Source of the DNA: a virus
Virus record (IMG/VR): IMGVR_UViG_3300017963_000228
Location: 1 to 64,000 of that record
Length of the DNA: 64,000 nt
Reading direction: 5' to 3' (one strand)
Below, one piece after another: positions 9,717-19,166 of this stretch; within the stretch, counting starts at the first letter, position 1; every line of letters begins with the position of its first letter. The translations under genes were made by a program, and so were the position numbers. Below the pieces are notes generated by a model that worked only from the letters and a program-made list of their open reading frames with translations, ran no database searches and was not told the origin of the DNA.

Positions 9717-9734
9717 ATAGAAAAGGAGATCGTT

Positions 9735-10298
9735 ATGCCCCGGTTAAAGTTGAATGCAAAACGACCTAAGTTAAAAACCAAATCAATTATTAAAAAAGGA
9801 ATGACTATTTCCCGTACTGTTACATCTGATACTCCAATTGTTCATGACGATTCTGATTTAGCATATTTAAGTTTCTTTGATCCAATGATAATGAAAATAT
9901 CAAGGGTTGATCGTTATTCTATTCAGCTTTATATAAAAACAAGAGTAAATGATGAACCAAAATGGGATAGAATATACGATCTTCTTTTTTATCCTTCCGG
10001 TCCCGGTATGGAACAAATTGAGGGATTTGCTACAGATGAAACATTTGTTGCCACTACTGGATTAGCGAATCAATTAACACATCGATTAAATCAACTGAAA
10101 GAATATGGTAATCCACATTGGCATATAGATGTGGATTACCAGATTACCTTTGACAATTGGAGAAACCTTTTCAAAAAATCAGAGTATAGTACAGTGGTTG
10201 ATGCAGTTCCTAAAAGAATGCCACTCAAAACTAAAACAATTAAAAGAGTAAAACTCAAACCCAAAAAGAGAATGAAACTAAAGGTTGCTTCCAAATGA
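9735..10298 (+). CDS. hypothetical protein with basic KLK-repeat termini
   Basis: AAGGAG RBS; ATGA overlap with the next gene. Confidence 0.7.
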   Translation: MPRLKLNAKRPKLKTKSIIKKGMTISRTVTSDTPIVHDDSDLAYLSFFDPMIMKISRVDRYSIQLYIKTRVNDEPKWDRIYDLLFYPSGPGMEQIEGFATDETFVATTGLANQLTHRLNQLKEYGNPHWHIDVDYQITFDNWRNLFKKSEYSTVVDAVPKRMPLKTKTIKRVKLKPKKRMKLKVASK

Positions 10299-11203
10299 AA
10301 AGACATAATTTAAAAATAAAAGATGAAACTGGTGAATGTATTATGTTCATCGATGGAAAGCACCTTGTCTATCGATCACAGTATAGTAGCAATGTTTCCA
10401 GTTTATCATACGAAGATCAAGCAACGGGTATTTACTTTGGGTTTTTTAATACCTTAAAGTCAATGGCAAATCTATTTAATCCAGTAAACACAATTATTCT
10501 TTGGGATTCTTTTCATGATTCCGTTAGAAAACAAGAATATGCTGGATATAAAGAAAGAACCAGTAATCTAACTGATGAACAAGCTGAAGCAAAAAACAAA
10601 GTGCATGAAGAATATCCATTAATTGTGGAAATGTGTGAACAGCTTGGTTTTGCCAGTGAATTGCTTGAAGGATATGAAGCTGATGATTTGTTTGCTTTAT
10701 ACGTAAATAAATATCCATATTTAAATAAGGTTCTCATAACCAGAGATGAAGATCTTTATCAATGTCTGGATGAAAACACTATTATATATAGTCCTGACGA
10801 TAAAAAGAAAAAAGATCGCAAATGGTTCATACGTAAATATGGTATTGTCCCTGAACAATGGGGATTGTATAAAGCATTAGCTGGATGTTCTTCTGATACG
10901 GTGCCGGGAATAAAAGGTATCGGACCCAAAGGAGCATTAGCCTATTTAAAAAATGAAGCAAGCTCTAAAATATCCAAAAAAATTTCAGATAATATAGACC
11001 AATATGAACTTTGTAAACGATTAACTGTACTACCTCACCCTGATTTAAAAGAATACAATATTCGTTATAAAATAACGAATTTAAATATACTAAGGTGGTT
11101 TGAAATCTGTCAACAAATGGGTTTCAAATCGTTTATTGAAAGGATGCATGAATTTGAACGTGCATTCCAAAATCGTTTTTATAAGGAGATTGAAAATGGC
11201 TAA
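10295..11203 (+). CDS. 5'-3' exonuclease / flap endonuclease
   Basis: IDG, WD, YKE.R, EADD, TRDEDLYQ, and the SDTVPGIKGIGPK helix-hairpin-helix. Confidence 0.92.
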   Translation: MKRHNLKIKDETGECIMFIDGKHLVYRSQYSSNVSSLSYEDQATGIYFGFFNTLKSMANLFNPVNTIILWDSFHDSVRKQEYAGYKERTSNLTDEQAEAKNKVHEEYPLIVEMCEQLGFASELLEGYEADDLFALYVNKYPYLNKVLITRDEDLYQCLDENTIIYSPDDKKKKDRKWFIRKYGIVPEQWGLYKALAGCSSDTVPGIKGIGPKGALAYLKNEASSKISKKISDNIDQYELCKRLTVLPHPDLKEYNIRYKITNLNILRWFEICQQMGFKSFIERMHEFERAFQNRFYKEIENG

Positions 11204-11951
11204 AAAGAAAACTGAACGTAAACCTTTAAGAGCAAAAACCAGTGCAGCAGAAATCGCAAATTTCGGAGAGAAATACTTTAAAGATCGTCTTGCTCAAGGA
11301 ATCAATTATGCCTACTATGGAGATTGGCAAAGAAATTATGCAAAGTTACTTGTTTCTATTACAGATGTAGTTGAACAAGCAGCAAATGATCGTACTGCTC
11401 TTTTTGTTGATCTTGGAACTGCTTGTGGTGTCAATCTTCTTGGAATGAAAGAAACCAAAGTATTTGGAAATGTTAAAGGCTTTGATATTTCTGAATACAT
11501 GATTGATCTTGGCAAAAGAAGACATGGATTCTCTGATGATGAAATGCAAGTATTAAATATTGCAACAGAAGAACTTCCTCTGGAAGATAACTCTGTTACA
11601 ATGATCCATTGCTCTCATACTTTAGAACATGTGGATACAGATGGTATCCCATTCATCCTTGAAGAAATGAACCGTGTATTAAGTGAAGACGGTGTGGGTG
11701 TTATTGTTATTCCTGCTGTTAAAGTAGGAATGTCAAAAGATGACATTGAACTTGGAGATCAAACTCACATTAATGTTCAAACAGAATATTGGTGGAAAAA
11801 GAATATCTCAAAATTCCTTTCAATTGATTCCGCTATTCGTGAAAATTTTAAAGAAAATAAATTTAGCCCATCAATGGAAAAAGATGCACCATCTTTTTAC
11901 CAAAATTACAAGGATAGTTGGACACTTTTTGGAGTGCATAAAAAGAATTAG
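11196..11951 (+). CDS. class I SAM-dependent methyltransferase (small-molecule/glycan type)
   Basis: VDLGTACG, GFDIS, SHTLEHV, HIN....WW; AAGGAG before ATG 11196. No DNA MTase catalytic motif. Confidence 0.8.
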   Translation: MAKKKTERKPLRAKTSAAEIANFGEKYFKDRLAQGINYAYYGDWQRNYAKLLVSITDVVEQAANDRTALFVDLGTACGVNLLGMKETKVFGNVKGFDISEYMIDLGKRRHGFSDDEMQVLNIATEELPLEDNSVTMIHCSHTLEHVDTDGIPFILEEMNRVLSEDGVGVIVIPAVKVGMSKDDIELGDQTHINVQTEYWWKKNISKFLSIDSAIRENFKENKFSPSMEKDAPSFYQNYKDSWTLFGVHKKN

Positions 11952-11966
11952 AAAGGATATCAAACT

Positions 11967-13370
11967 GTGTCTTATACTTCTGGTGCATTGAAATTCAATA
12001 ATCACTTTTTAAATCAGATCATCCTTCATTGTATCCAGAATGACGATTTTATCAAAAAAGTTAGACACACTGTTCCTCTGGACATTTTCAAAACCAGAGA
12101 TAAAAAATTCCTTATTGAGATATGCTTTGAGTTCTTCGATGATTTTAATGCTGCACCACAGGATAACTTTTTCGATATCTTTAAAGAACGTGAAAAGTCT
12201 ATTCCTTCTGATCTATATGATCGTTGCATTAATCTCATTGGAGTTCTCAAAGACATATCAGGATCAAACCCTGAATACATATTAAAAACGATTGATGATG
12301 CGATTCGACACTTCAGATTAGAGGAAGCAAGTGTCGAATTCGCTTCATTAATTAAAAGGGGTAAGTACAATGATGCCAAACTACTTATTCTAAAGGCAAT
12401 CAAAGATCCTGTTATTGAGGAACCATACTATAACTTTTTGGAAGATCGCTCATTCATTCATGATCGTATAAAAGAAAATCGTTTTGACATGTCAACCGGC
12501 ATCGATGTTTTAGATGCAACCATAGGGGGATATCGAAACTCTTGGTTAGTAACAGTATTAGGAGCAACCAAAGGTGGTAAAACTTGGTTCTTAATTGAAA
12601 TGGCTGTTACCGCTGTATTTCAAGGCAAACGTGTACTATTCATTTCATTAGAAATGGGTAAGGAACAAATTGATGAACGTTTTGACATGACCATTGGCTT
12701 TATGACTTCCCGTATGAATGGTGATAATGTAGAGGTCATGAGAAAAGTTGGTGAAGATTGGATCAAAAGTACTGAAAATATAGACAGCATTTACAATATC
12801 AATAAGGTTGTTGAAAACAGAAATCGAATGCGTAAAATCGGTGGTGGTGATTTGCGTGTCGTTGCTTTTAATCGTGGTCGTTTAAATTGTTTTGATGTTG
12901 AACGTATCATTGATGAATTAGAAGAATCAGGATTCTATACTGATGTAGTTATCGTTGACTATCTTGGTATTATGAAAGAAACTGCTGCTGGGCAAAGTAA
13001 GAAAGAAAGGATCAGTGAAAATTGTATTGGTTTAAAAGATCTAAGTGGTCGTAAAAATATGATTGCTATTTCTGCTATGCAGGGAAATCGTAAAGCCATG
13101 ACCGCTGAAATATTTCACTCTCACCTTGTTGCTGATGACATTGATACTATTTTTAACAGTGATCTTGTACTTGCATTCTGTCAAACTAAATTTGAAGAAG
13201 AACAAAATAAATACAGATTATATATTGCCAACTATCGCCATGGTAAACAGCACATGCAAATTGGTTTAGTGCGTGATCTGGAGATAGGTCAGGTTGCTCT
13301 TGATACCTATGAACTGAAAGAAAAACAAGATGAAGACGATAAATCTGCTGAAGCTGGAGTTGATTATTAA
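11967..13370 (+). CDS. DnaB-like replicative helicase
   Basis: GATKGGKT, FISLEM, VIVDYL, SAMQ, ANYRHG. Confidence 0.9.
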   Translation: MSYTSGALKFNNHFLNQIILHCIQNDDFIKKVRHTVPLDIFKTRDKKFLIEICFEFFDDFNAAPQDNFFDIFKEREKSIPSDLYDRCINLIGVLKDISGSNPEYILKTIDDAIRHFRLEEASVEFASLIKRGKYNDAKLLILKAIKDPVIEEPYYNFLEDRSFIHDRIKENRFDMSTGIDVLDATIGGYRNSWLVTVLGATKGGKTWFLIEMAVTAVFQGKRVLFISLEMGKEQIDERFDMTIGFMTSRMNGDNVEVMRKVGEDWIKSTENIDSIYNINKVVENRNRMRKIGGGDLRVVAFNRGRLNCFDVERIIDELEESGFYTDVVIVDYLGIMKETAAGQSKKERISENCIGLKDLSGRKNMIAISAMQGNRKAMTAEIFHSHLVADDIDTIFNSDLVLAFCQTKFEEEQNKYRLYIANYRHGKQHMQIGLVRDLEIGQVALDTYELKEKQDEDDKSAEAGVDY

Positions 13371-14776
13371 TGGATAAATCTTTAAAAATTAAAGAAATTC
13401 ATGCTGGAAGTTTCCGTTGTGAAAACAATGTTACGGGGGCATTTGTAAAAAATATATTATCCTATAAAGAAAAAAGAAAATACTTTGATAAATCAATTGG
13501 AAAAGAAATAGTAAAAGATGTGACATTTGATTATGGAGCATCACGTTATGGATTATACTATTTTCCAAGTGGTCTTGTAGGATATGTAAAACGAAAAGGT
13601 CTTTTATTAAGAAGACAAACAGTGGAGATCATTCGATCACCAGATTCTTATGAACTACCCCGTAAATTAATGCCATCCCTACCGGGAATTGAATTTGAAC
13701 CATATCAAGCAAAGGTATTCCGCAAAATAGGTCCGAATAAAATGGGTATCATTGTCGGACCTACTGGAATGGGTAAATCAATTATATTAGGTGGCATTAT
13801 TGATAAATTATACTGTCCCAATACCCTTCTTATTGTACCAACCAAATCAATTGGTAAACAAATGTATGATTCTTTTAAGAATTGGTTTGGTGATCGTGTA
13901 GGTATGATTGGTGACGGTATTTATGATCAACGGGATATCACTATCTGTTTATTTCAATCCCTTAATAAATTCACAGTCTCCAGAAATAATATTCAGCTTA
14001 TCCTATGTGACGAAGTACATTTAGTTAATGAAACAATAAAAAAATTTCTTAATAAAAATGGAAAAAATATTTACTATCGGTATGGTGTTACAGCCACACC
14101 ACAAAAATTCAAACATAATTTGAAAAAAACGTTTAAAATGATGGGTTGCTTTGGCAATATACTAAGTGAAGTCACTGATAAAGAAGCATCTAAACGAGTT
14201 CTTCCTGTTAAGGTCAACATGGTAAGCTACTATTGTCACAGTCCTCAAGGAATTGATTACAAATCAGTTATGCGTGAGGATATTCTATACAGTAAGATAA
14301 GAAATAATAAACTATTAAAAGCAGCAAAATCTCTGGCTATTTCAAAAGGAATGACTGTTCTATATTTGGTAGATGAAACTAAACAGGCATTAATTGTTGA
14401 AAAATTAGCATATCAATTAAATCTCAATCCCTACGTTGTCCATGGAAAAATGGATAATAAAGAAATCAATTACATAAAAGAAAATTTAAATAATAGAAAA
14501 ATTAATTTATGTATAGCAACAAGAGTATTCAGTGTCGGAACAGACATTCCTAACGTTGATTGTATTGTGCTGGGATCTGTACGCAAATCTGAAATTGACA
14601 CTCTCCAAAAAATAGGGCGTGGAAGAAGACGTACCAAACATGAACATCTCTTACTCATTGATTGTGTCGATAAAGTAAGAGATAAAAAATTCAATAAATA
14701 CTTCTACGGATACTCCATGCAAAGAATGCAAATATACAGAGAGAAAGAATGGGAAATAAGAAAAGTAATTTTATAA
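13370..14776 (+). CDS. superfamily 2 helicase (UvsW-like)
   Basis: GPTGMGKS, DEVH, TAT, VGTDIP, QKIGRGRR. Confidence 0.9.
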   Translation: MDKSLKIKEIHAGSFRCENNVTGAFVKNILSYKEKRKYFDKSIGKEIVKDVTFDYGASRYGLYYFPSGLVGYVKRKGLLLRRQTVEIIRSPDSYELPRKLMPSLPGIEFEPYQAKVFRKIGPNKMGIIVGPTGMGKSIILGGIIDKLYCPNTLLIVPTKSIGKQMYDSFKNWFGDRVGMIGDGIYDQRDITICLFQSLNKFTVSRNNIQLILCDEVHLVNETIKKFLNKNGKNIYYRYGVTATPQKFKHNLKKTFKMMGCFGNILSEVTDKEASKRVLPVKVNMVSYYCHSPQGIDYKSVMREDILYSKIRNNKLLKAAKSLAISKGMTVLYLVDETKQALIVEKLAYQLNLNPYVVHGKMDNKEINYIKENLNNRKINLCIATRVFSVGTDIPNVDCIVLGSVRKSEIDTLQKIGRGRRRTKHEHLLLIDCVDKVRDKKFNKYFYGYSMQRMQIYREKEWEIRKVIL

Positions 14777-15768
14777 ATGAAAACTATCGTGATGATCCAA
14801 GATATGTTCTCGCGGCTGATAAATTTGATATCCTTACATTCCTTAGTGATAATGATGTTGATTACACTATGGATGGTAAAAACGTTGGAACAGATTTTAT
14901 CGGCGTAAACCCTTGTCCTAATTGTGGTGATTCAAGAAATCATTATGGTATAAACATTAAAAAAAAGTATGGTTCATGCTTCATTTGCAAGTATCACATA
15001 AGTCTTATCGGAATTATATGTCTTTATGGTAAAATGTCATTTGAGGAAGCATTCAAATATTTAATAGAAGAACAAGATGAAAATAAAGATGTTGAACAAA
15101 GAGTTAAAGAAATAATATATGGACAGGTAATACATGAAGAACATGTGTATCAAACAAAAACAGATGTATTACCAAATAGTAGATTAATTACAATGCGAGA
15201 TCTAAGAATAAATCCTCACCTGAATACATTTTTTAAAGAAAAAAAATTAAATTTATGGCACGTAAAACGATATGGCTTACGGATAGGTACTGAAAAAAAA
15301 TATCAAAATTATATTATATGGCCTGTATGGTATAAAAATCGATTGGTTTCTTATCAAAGAAGAAACTTTAAAGAAAAAAGATATTACAACCCAAAGAATC
15401 TTCAGCACTATATTTACGGATATGATTGGATCATCCCCGGCAACCCTTTGATTTTGGTAGAAGGATTTTTAGATTATACAAGAATTGATACTTATTTAAG
15501 GTGCTACCATCCAAATAATATATCAATTACCTCTGGATTATTAAAATCTATATCCAATAAACAAATTCAAATGATAATAAACGCAAAACCTTCTTCAATA
15601 ATTGTTATGTTTGACAATGATTCATGGTTTGATTACTGGCGTATTAGAAACTCTTTTCCTTTTAACGTATTCTTTGTTATCATACCAAAAGGTTTAGATC
15701 CAAACATGATGAATTGGAGTCAAATCAATAACATTTTTAAAAAGGAGATCCTAAATGTCATATCCTAA
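14749..15768 (+). CDS. DNA primase (Zn finger + TOPRIM)
   Basis: CPNC..H..CFIC, LVEGFLD, FDND, GLDP. Confidence 0.85.
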   Translation: MGNKKSNFINENYRDDPRYVLAADKFDILTFLSDNDVDYTMDGKNVGTDFIGVNPCPNCGDSRNHYGINIKKKYGSCFICKYHISLIGIICLYGKMSFEEAFKYLIEEQDENKDVEQRVKEIIYGQVIHEEHVYQTKTDVLPNSRLITMRDLRINPHLNTFFKEKKLNLWHVKRYGLRIGTEKKYQNYIIWPVWYKNRLVSYQRRNFKEKRYYNPKNLQHYIYGYDWIIPGNPLILVEGFLDYTRIDTYLRCYHPNNISITSGLLKSISNKQIQMIINAKPSSIIVMFDNDSWFDYWRIRNSFPFNVFFVIIPKGLDPNMMNWSQINNIFKKEILNVIS

Positions 15769-16228
15769 ATTTAATATCTACCAGTTCATTGAAAAAATCA
15801 ATTATATTATCATTCATCATTCCCTTACCAAAGACGGTACTACGGTCAACTGGCAAGCAATCAGACGCTATCATACAATCGATTTGGGATGGATTGACGT
15901 TGGATATCACTATGGATTAGAACTTATAAATAATAAAGTGGAGATACTGGCAGGAAGACCCCTACATACCAAAGGGGCGCACTGTAAACAAGGTGGTAGG
16001 AATCATGATTCAATTGGTATCTGTTGTGTTGGAAACTATGACAATTACCCCATCTCATTAAGCATGTTTTCTAAATTAACAGATCTATGCACTTCCCTGT
16101 GTTATACCTTCTCCATTCCAGCAGATAAAATAAAGGGGCATACAGAATATGCCCCTTATAAATCTTGTCCCGGTAAATTATTTGATATGGATAATCTAAG
16201 ATCTACCGTATCACTCCAGCTTGGTTAG
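15755..16228 (+). CDS. N-acetylmuramoyl-L-alanine amidase (Amidase_2, T7 lysozyme-like endolysin)
   Basis: IIIHHS, GWIDVGYH, GAHC, SIGIC, GH..KSCPG. Confidence 0.92.
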   Translation: MSYPKFNIYQFIEKINYIIIHHSLTKDGTTVNWQAIRRYHTIDLGWIDVGYHYGLELINNKVEILAGRPLHTKGAHCKQGGRNHDSIGICCVGNYDNYPISLSMFSKLTDLCTSLCYTFSIPADKIKGHTEYAPYKSCPGKLFDMDNLRSTVSLQLG

Positions 16229-16523
16229 GTGGTGTTGGGGAATTGGTTGGAACAACTCTGGCATTGACATTAATCACAGCATTATTCTTTTCCAGTTTAT
16301 GACCGATTCCCCAAACCGTAAATGCACCACCAACACCCGCAATAATAAAACCAATAAATTCAAGCCATGGTTCCATATCTGGATAAGGTGCTAATTTAGA
16401 AGAACCAGAAATAGTCCCTCCAATCGCAACCATTATTGCACCAGCCTTTGTTTTCCATCCTGTCATTGCCGGTGGTGCCGGTGGTGCAGTATAAGTTTTT
16501 GTTACTTCAACTGCCTTTGTCAT
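16203..16523 (-). CDS. putative holin (two TM helices)
   Basis: GWKT followed by two hydrophobic segments and GIGHKLEK; last gene of the late operon. Alternative start at 16529. Confidence 0.6.
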   Translation of the reverse strand: MTKAVEVTKTYTAPPAPPAMTGWKTKAGAIMVAIGGTISGSSKLAPYPDMEPWLEFIGFIIAGVGGAFTVWGIGHKLEKNNAVINVNARVVPTNSPTPPNQAGVIR

Positions 16524-17359
16524 AACCATTCCCCTTTCTGAGTAAGAATTCTAAAAATACTACCATCCTTATACGAACTAACTTTAGTTGTAGAAATATG
16601 ACATGGCATAAAGTGATCGTGACGTTTACCATTAATCAAACCAATCAAACGATCATGGCCAAGTAATGCTCCAGCCAAATAGATAGGACCGCTATCTATT
16701 CCAATAAAAAATTTACATTTTCCTATTTCTTCAATCATACGTTTTAAATCTGGTTCTTCAAAACGTAGAGAATTTTTTTTCGTTGCAAGACAAAAATCAT
16801 CTGTTCCACGATCAGAACATTTGTACTCTTTGGAAAAACCGGGGCGCATGTGCATTTCAAATGGTTCAAAACCAGCGTCTTCAATTTCTTTCCATACTTT
16901 ATAAACAATTTCCTGCGGTACAAATTTATCAAGCATTCCAGTATGACCAAAGAAGTGAACACCCACTCTTTTTGAATCAGGATTAAATGTTTTATTGGTC
17001 ATCCTAAATGGTTTCCAGATAAAATCACGCATACCCATTTCATGAATAGCACACAAATATGGTTTTGCTGGCTCATTATGAAGCTCAATAGGATAATGAG
17101 AATCAATAGAATCAGGATAATGAACACGATAATGAATATCATATCGTGATCGTATATCTGTATCGTTTCCAACTATAATAATTTTGGGATCAATAAGATT
17201 AAATTGTCTCTTGGAACTGGAACCAAGAGTAACCTTTATTTTTGATTGACGACAAAATTCTTTATGAACAGGAAGATAATTTATAAGATCTCCCAAACCA
17301 TGTTCAAAAACGAATAATGCACCCTTGACTGACCGCTTAACCAACTCCATTGGTTTCAT
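16520..17359 (-). CDS. GT-B glycosyltransferase, GT9 / heptosyltransferase-like
   Basis: HGLGDLI near the N-terminus; FIGIDSGPIYLAGAL. Confidence 0.7.
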   Translation of the reverse strand: MKPMELVKRSVKGALFVFEHGLGDLINYLPVHKEFCRQSKIKVTLGSSSKRQFNLIDPKIIIVGNDTDIRSRYDIHYRVHYPDSIDSHYPIELHNEPAKPYLCAIHEMGMRDFIWKPFRMTNKTFNPDSKRVGVHFFGHTGMLDKFVPQEIVYKVWKEIEDAGFEPFEMHMRPGFSKEYKCSDRGTDDFCLATKKNSLRFEEPDLKRMIEEIGKCKFFIGIDSGPIYLAGALLGHDRLIGLINGKRHDHFMPCHISTTKVSSYKDGSIFRILTQKGEWL

Positions 17360-18162
17360 ACTTCCGTAGACCATGTTCCCCTCGCAGCAACAATGTTATA
17401 GATTTCATCAACTTTATCAGGAAAAGGAATCACATTATCAATATTCCCATCATAATCAATAAACAGAATTCCAGAAGAAGAAGTATCTTTTTCAACAAAA
17501 GCAATCCAATACCCACCATCATACGGGTCTTCTATCACACCACGAAAATAACAATTTGGATCAAGATGGAAAATATCATCGCCACAATGAAACAAACTAT
17601 GTCCTGATTCAAGGAAGCATAGTCTATCTTGAGAATTAAAAAAAATATTATTGGGATCTTCAATGCCAGAAAATACTACACGTTCATTTGATAAATCATA
17701 AATCCGTTTTTTCTCAAAACAGCTAATATACCACATATGACGATAAGCATATAAACAGTTTAATTTAACAGGACACTGATCTTTGCCTATTGTGTAATGG
17801 ATATCATCTTTAAAAGTACTAAAATTAACAGGATCATAATCAATAGATTCAATTGTTCTCGTTCCAGCAGAATCTACAAATAGTTTACCGGGAAAAATAG
17901 AAATAATGCTATTTATAAATTCACAATTAGTACATTGAAATATTTCTGTATTTTTAGTTATTGAATTTTTTACAAATAAAAAATCTTTCTTTTTATCCTT
18001 TCTTCTAAATGAAATAACGAGATCACTTCCAGAAAATGCTATTCCTCTACTAAATAATGTATCTTTTGGTAATAGAGAAATAAATTTACTATTGCCTTTT
18101 ACAGTATTAACAAACAGAAGATGACTTTTATGATGTTTCAGCGTAATCAACAATTTCATCAT
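17356..18162 (-). CDS. hypothetical beta-rich protein, possible propeller
   Basis: RGIAFS and FRGVIED blade-like motifs; coupled to both neighbours. Confidence 0.5.
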   Translation of the reverse strand: MMKLLITLKHHKSHLLFVNTVKGNSKFISLLPKDTLFSRGIAFSGSDLVISFRRKDKKKDFLFVKNSITKNTEIFQCTNCEFINSIISIFPGKLFVDSAGTRTIESIDYDPVNFSTFKDDIHYTIGKDQCPVKLNCLYAYRHMWYISCFEKKRIYDLSNERVVFSGIEDPNNIFFNSQDRLCFLESGHSLFHCGDDIFHLDPNCYFRGVIEDPYDGGYWIAFVEKDTSSSGILFIDYDGNIDNVIPFPDKVDEIYNIVAARGTWSTEV

Positions 18163-18686
18163 TATCTTTCCTTTTCTCTCTGGTACATGGCATTCATTCT
18201 ATTTATAACTTCTCGATCTCGCATAATCGATTCTCGCCAGAATGAACGTAAACCTTCAATAGTATTAAGTGTATGCATATTATACATATTGGTTATCGTC
18301 AACATTAAATTAACACGATGTTTTAATTTCTTTTTTGAAAAGGGATATTCAATAAAATCAAATAGATCTTTATGATAAATAACAGAAAGATCATCCCAAT
18401 CATTATCACGTATTTCTGTATCCATTATAAAGAGAAAAGGAACAATACGCAATCGTCCTTTTTGCTCAATATAAAGATTACGACCATCATAACCATTCTT
18501 TAAATCTACATCTGAAACAAACACATCAGCCGATTTAAAATCATTAGAACATAGCAATGCTAATGGATCATTATAAGATGCAATTCGCACGTCCTGAATC
18601 TCAATGATCGCAGATTTGTATTCATCAATCCTTTCATCATTTTTTCCCATTACAACAACTAACTGTTGCTTTGAATGTTCAATCAT
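18162..18686 (-). CDS. CheY-like receiver-domain protein (atypical)
   Basis: DVFVSDVDL..YDG, VPFLFI, DFIEYPF (KP Lys replaced by Tyr); GAGG before ATG 18686. Confidence 0.65.
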   Translation of the reverse strand: MIEHSKQQLVVVMGKNDERIDEYKSAIIEIQDVRIASYNDPLALLCSNDFKSADVFVSDVDLKNGYDGRNLYIEQKGRLRIVPFLFIMDTEIRDNDWDDLSVIYHKDLFDFIEYPFSKKKLKHRVNLMLTITNMYNMHTLNTIEGLRSFWRESIMRDREVINRMNAMYQREKER

Positions 18687-18723
18687 TTTACGTTTTCCTC
18701 TCAATACTACAGAAATAACAGAT

Positions 18724-19116
18724 TTAAGGTGTTGGAACATTGGGCCATAGACGGTAAATAAGACCAATAAGAGCAATGATAGCTGAAGTCATTAATGTCA
18801 ATACTCCAAATACCTTTATATTTTGTTTGTAATGTCCTTGATCTGTATTTTTTTGAGAATCAGACATTGCTTCTTTTAAATCAGTAAGGTTATTAGATCT
18901 CTGTTCTCTACATGTAGCATGATGCTCACTTAATATTTTTAAAATTTCATCAAGTATTAAATTTGTTTTTTCAGAAATACCACTATAACTCTCCTTCATT
19001 AAAGTTTTTAATTGCTCTTGACCAGCAATTAAATTCAAATTAGACTCAATGACTGTTTTGTATGAGTCCATCAATAGCATTAATTCTTCTTTTGTTACTG
19101 ATCGATCTCCCGACAT
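18724..19116 (-). CDS. coiled-coil protein with a C-terminal TM helix
   Basis: GGGAG RBS; VFGVLTLMTSAIIALIGLIY. Confidence 0.7.
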   Translation of the reverse strand: MSGDRSVTKEELMLLMDSYKTVIESNLNLIAGQEQLKTLMKESYSGISEKTNLILDEILKILSEHHATCREQRSNNLTDLKEAMSDSQKNTDQGHYKQNIKVFGVLTLMTSAIIALIGLIYRLWPNVPTP

Positions 19117-19166
19117 AATTGGCTAACTCCCTCTGGCAACGTACCGGAATATGGGAACTTGTAACC

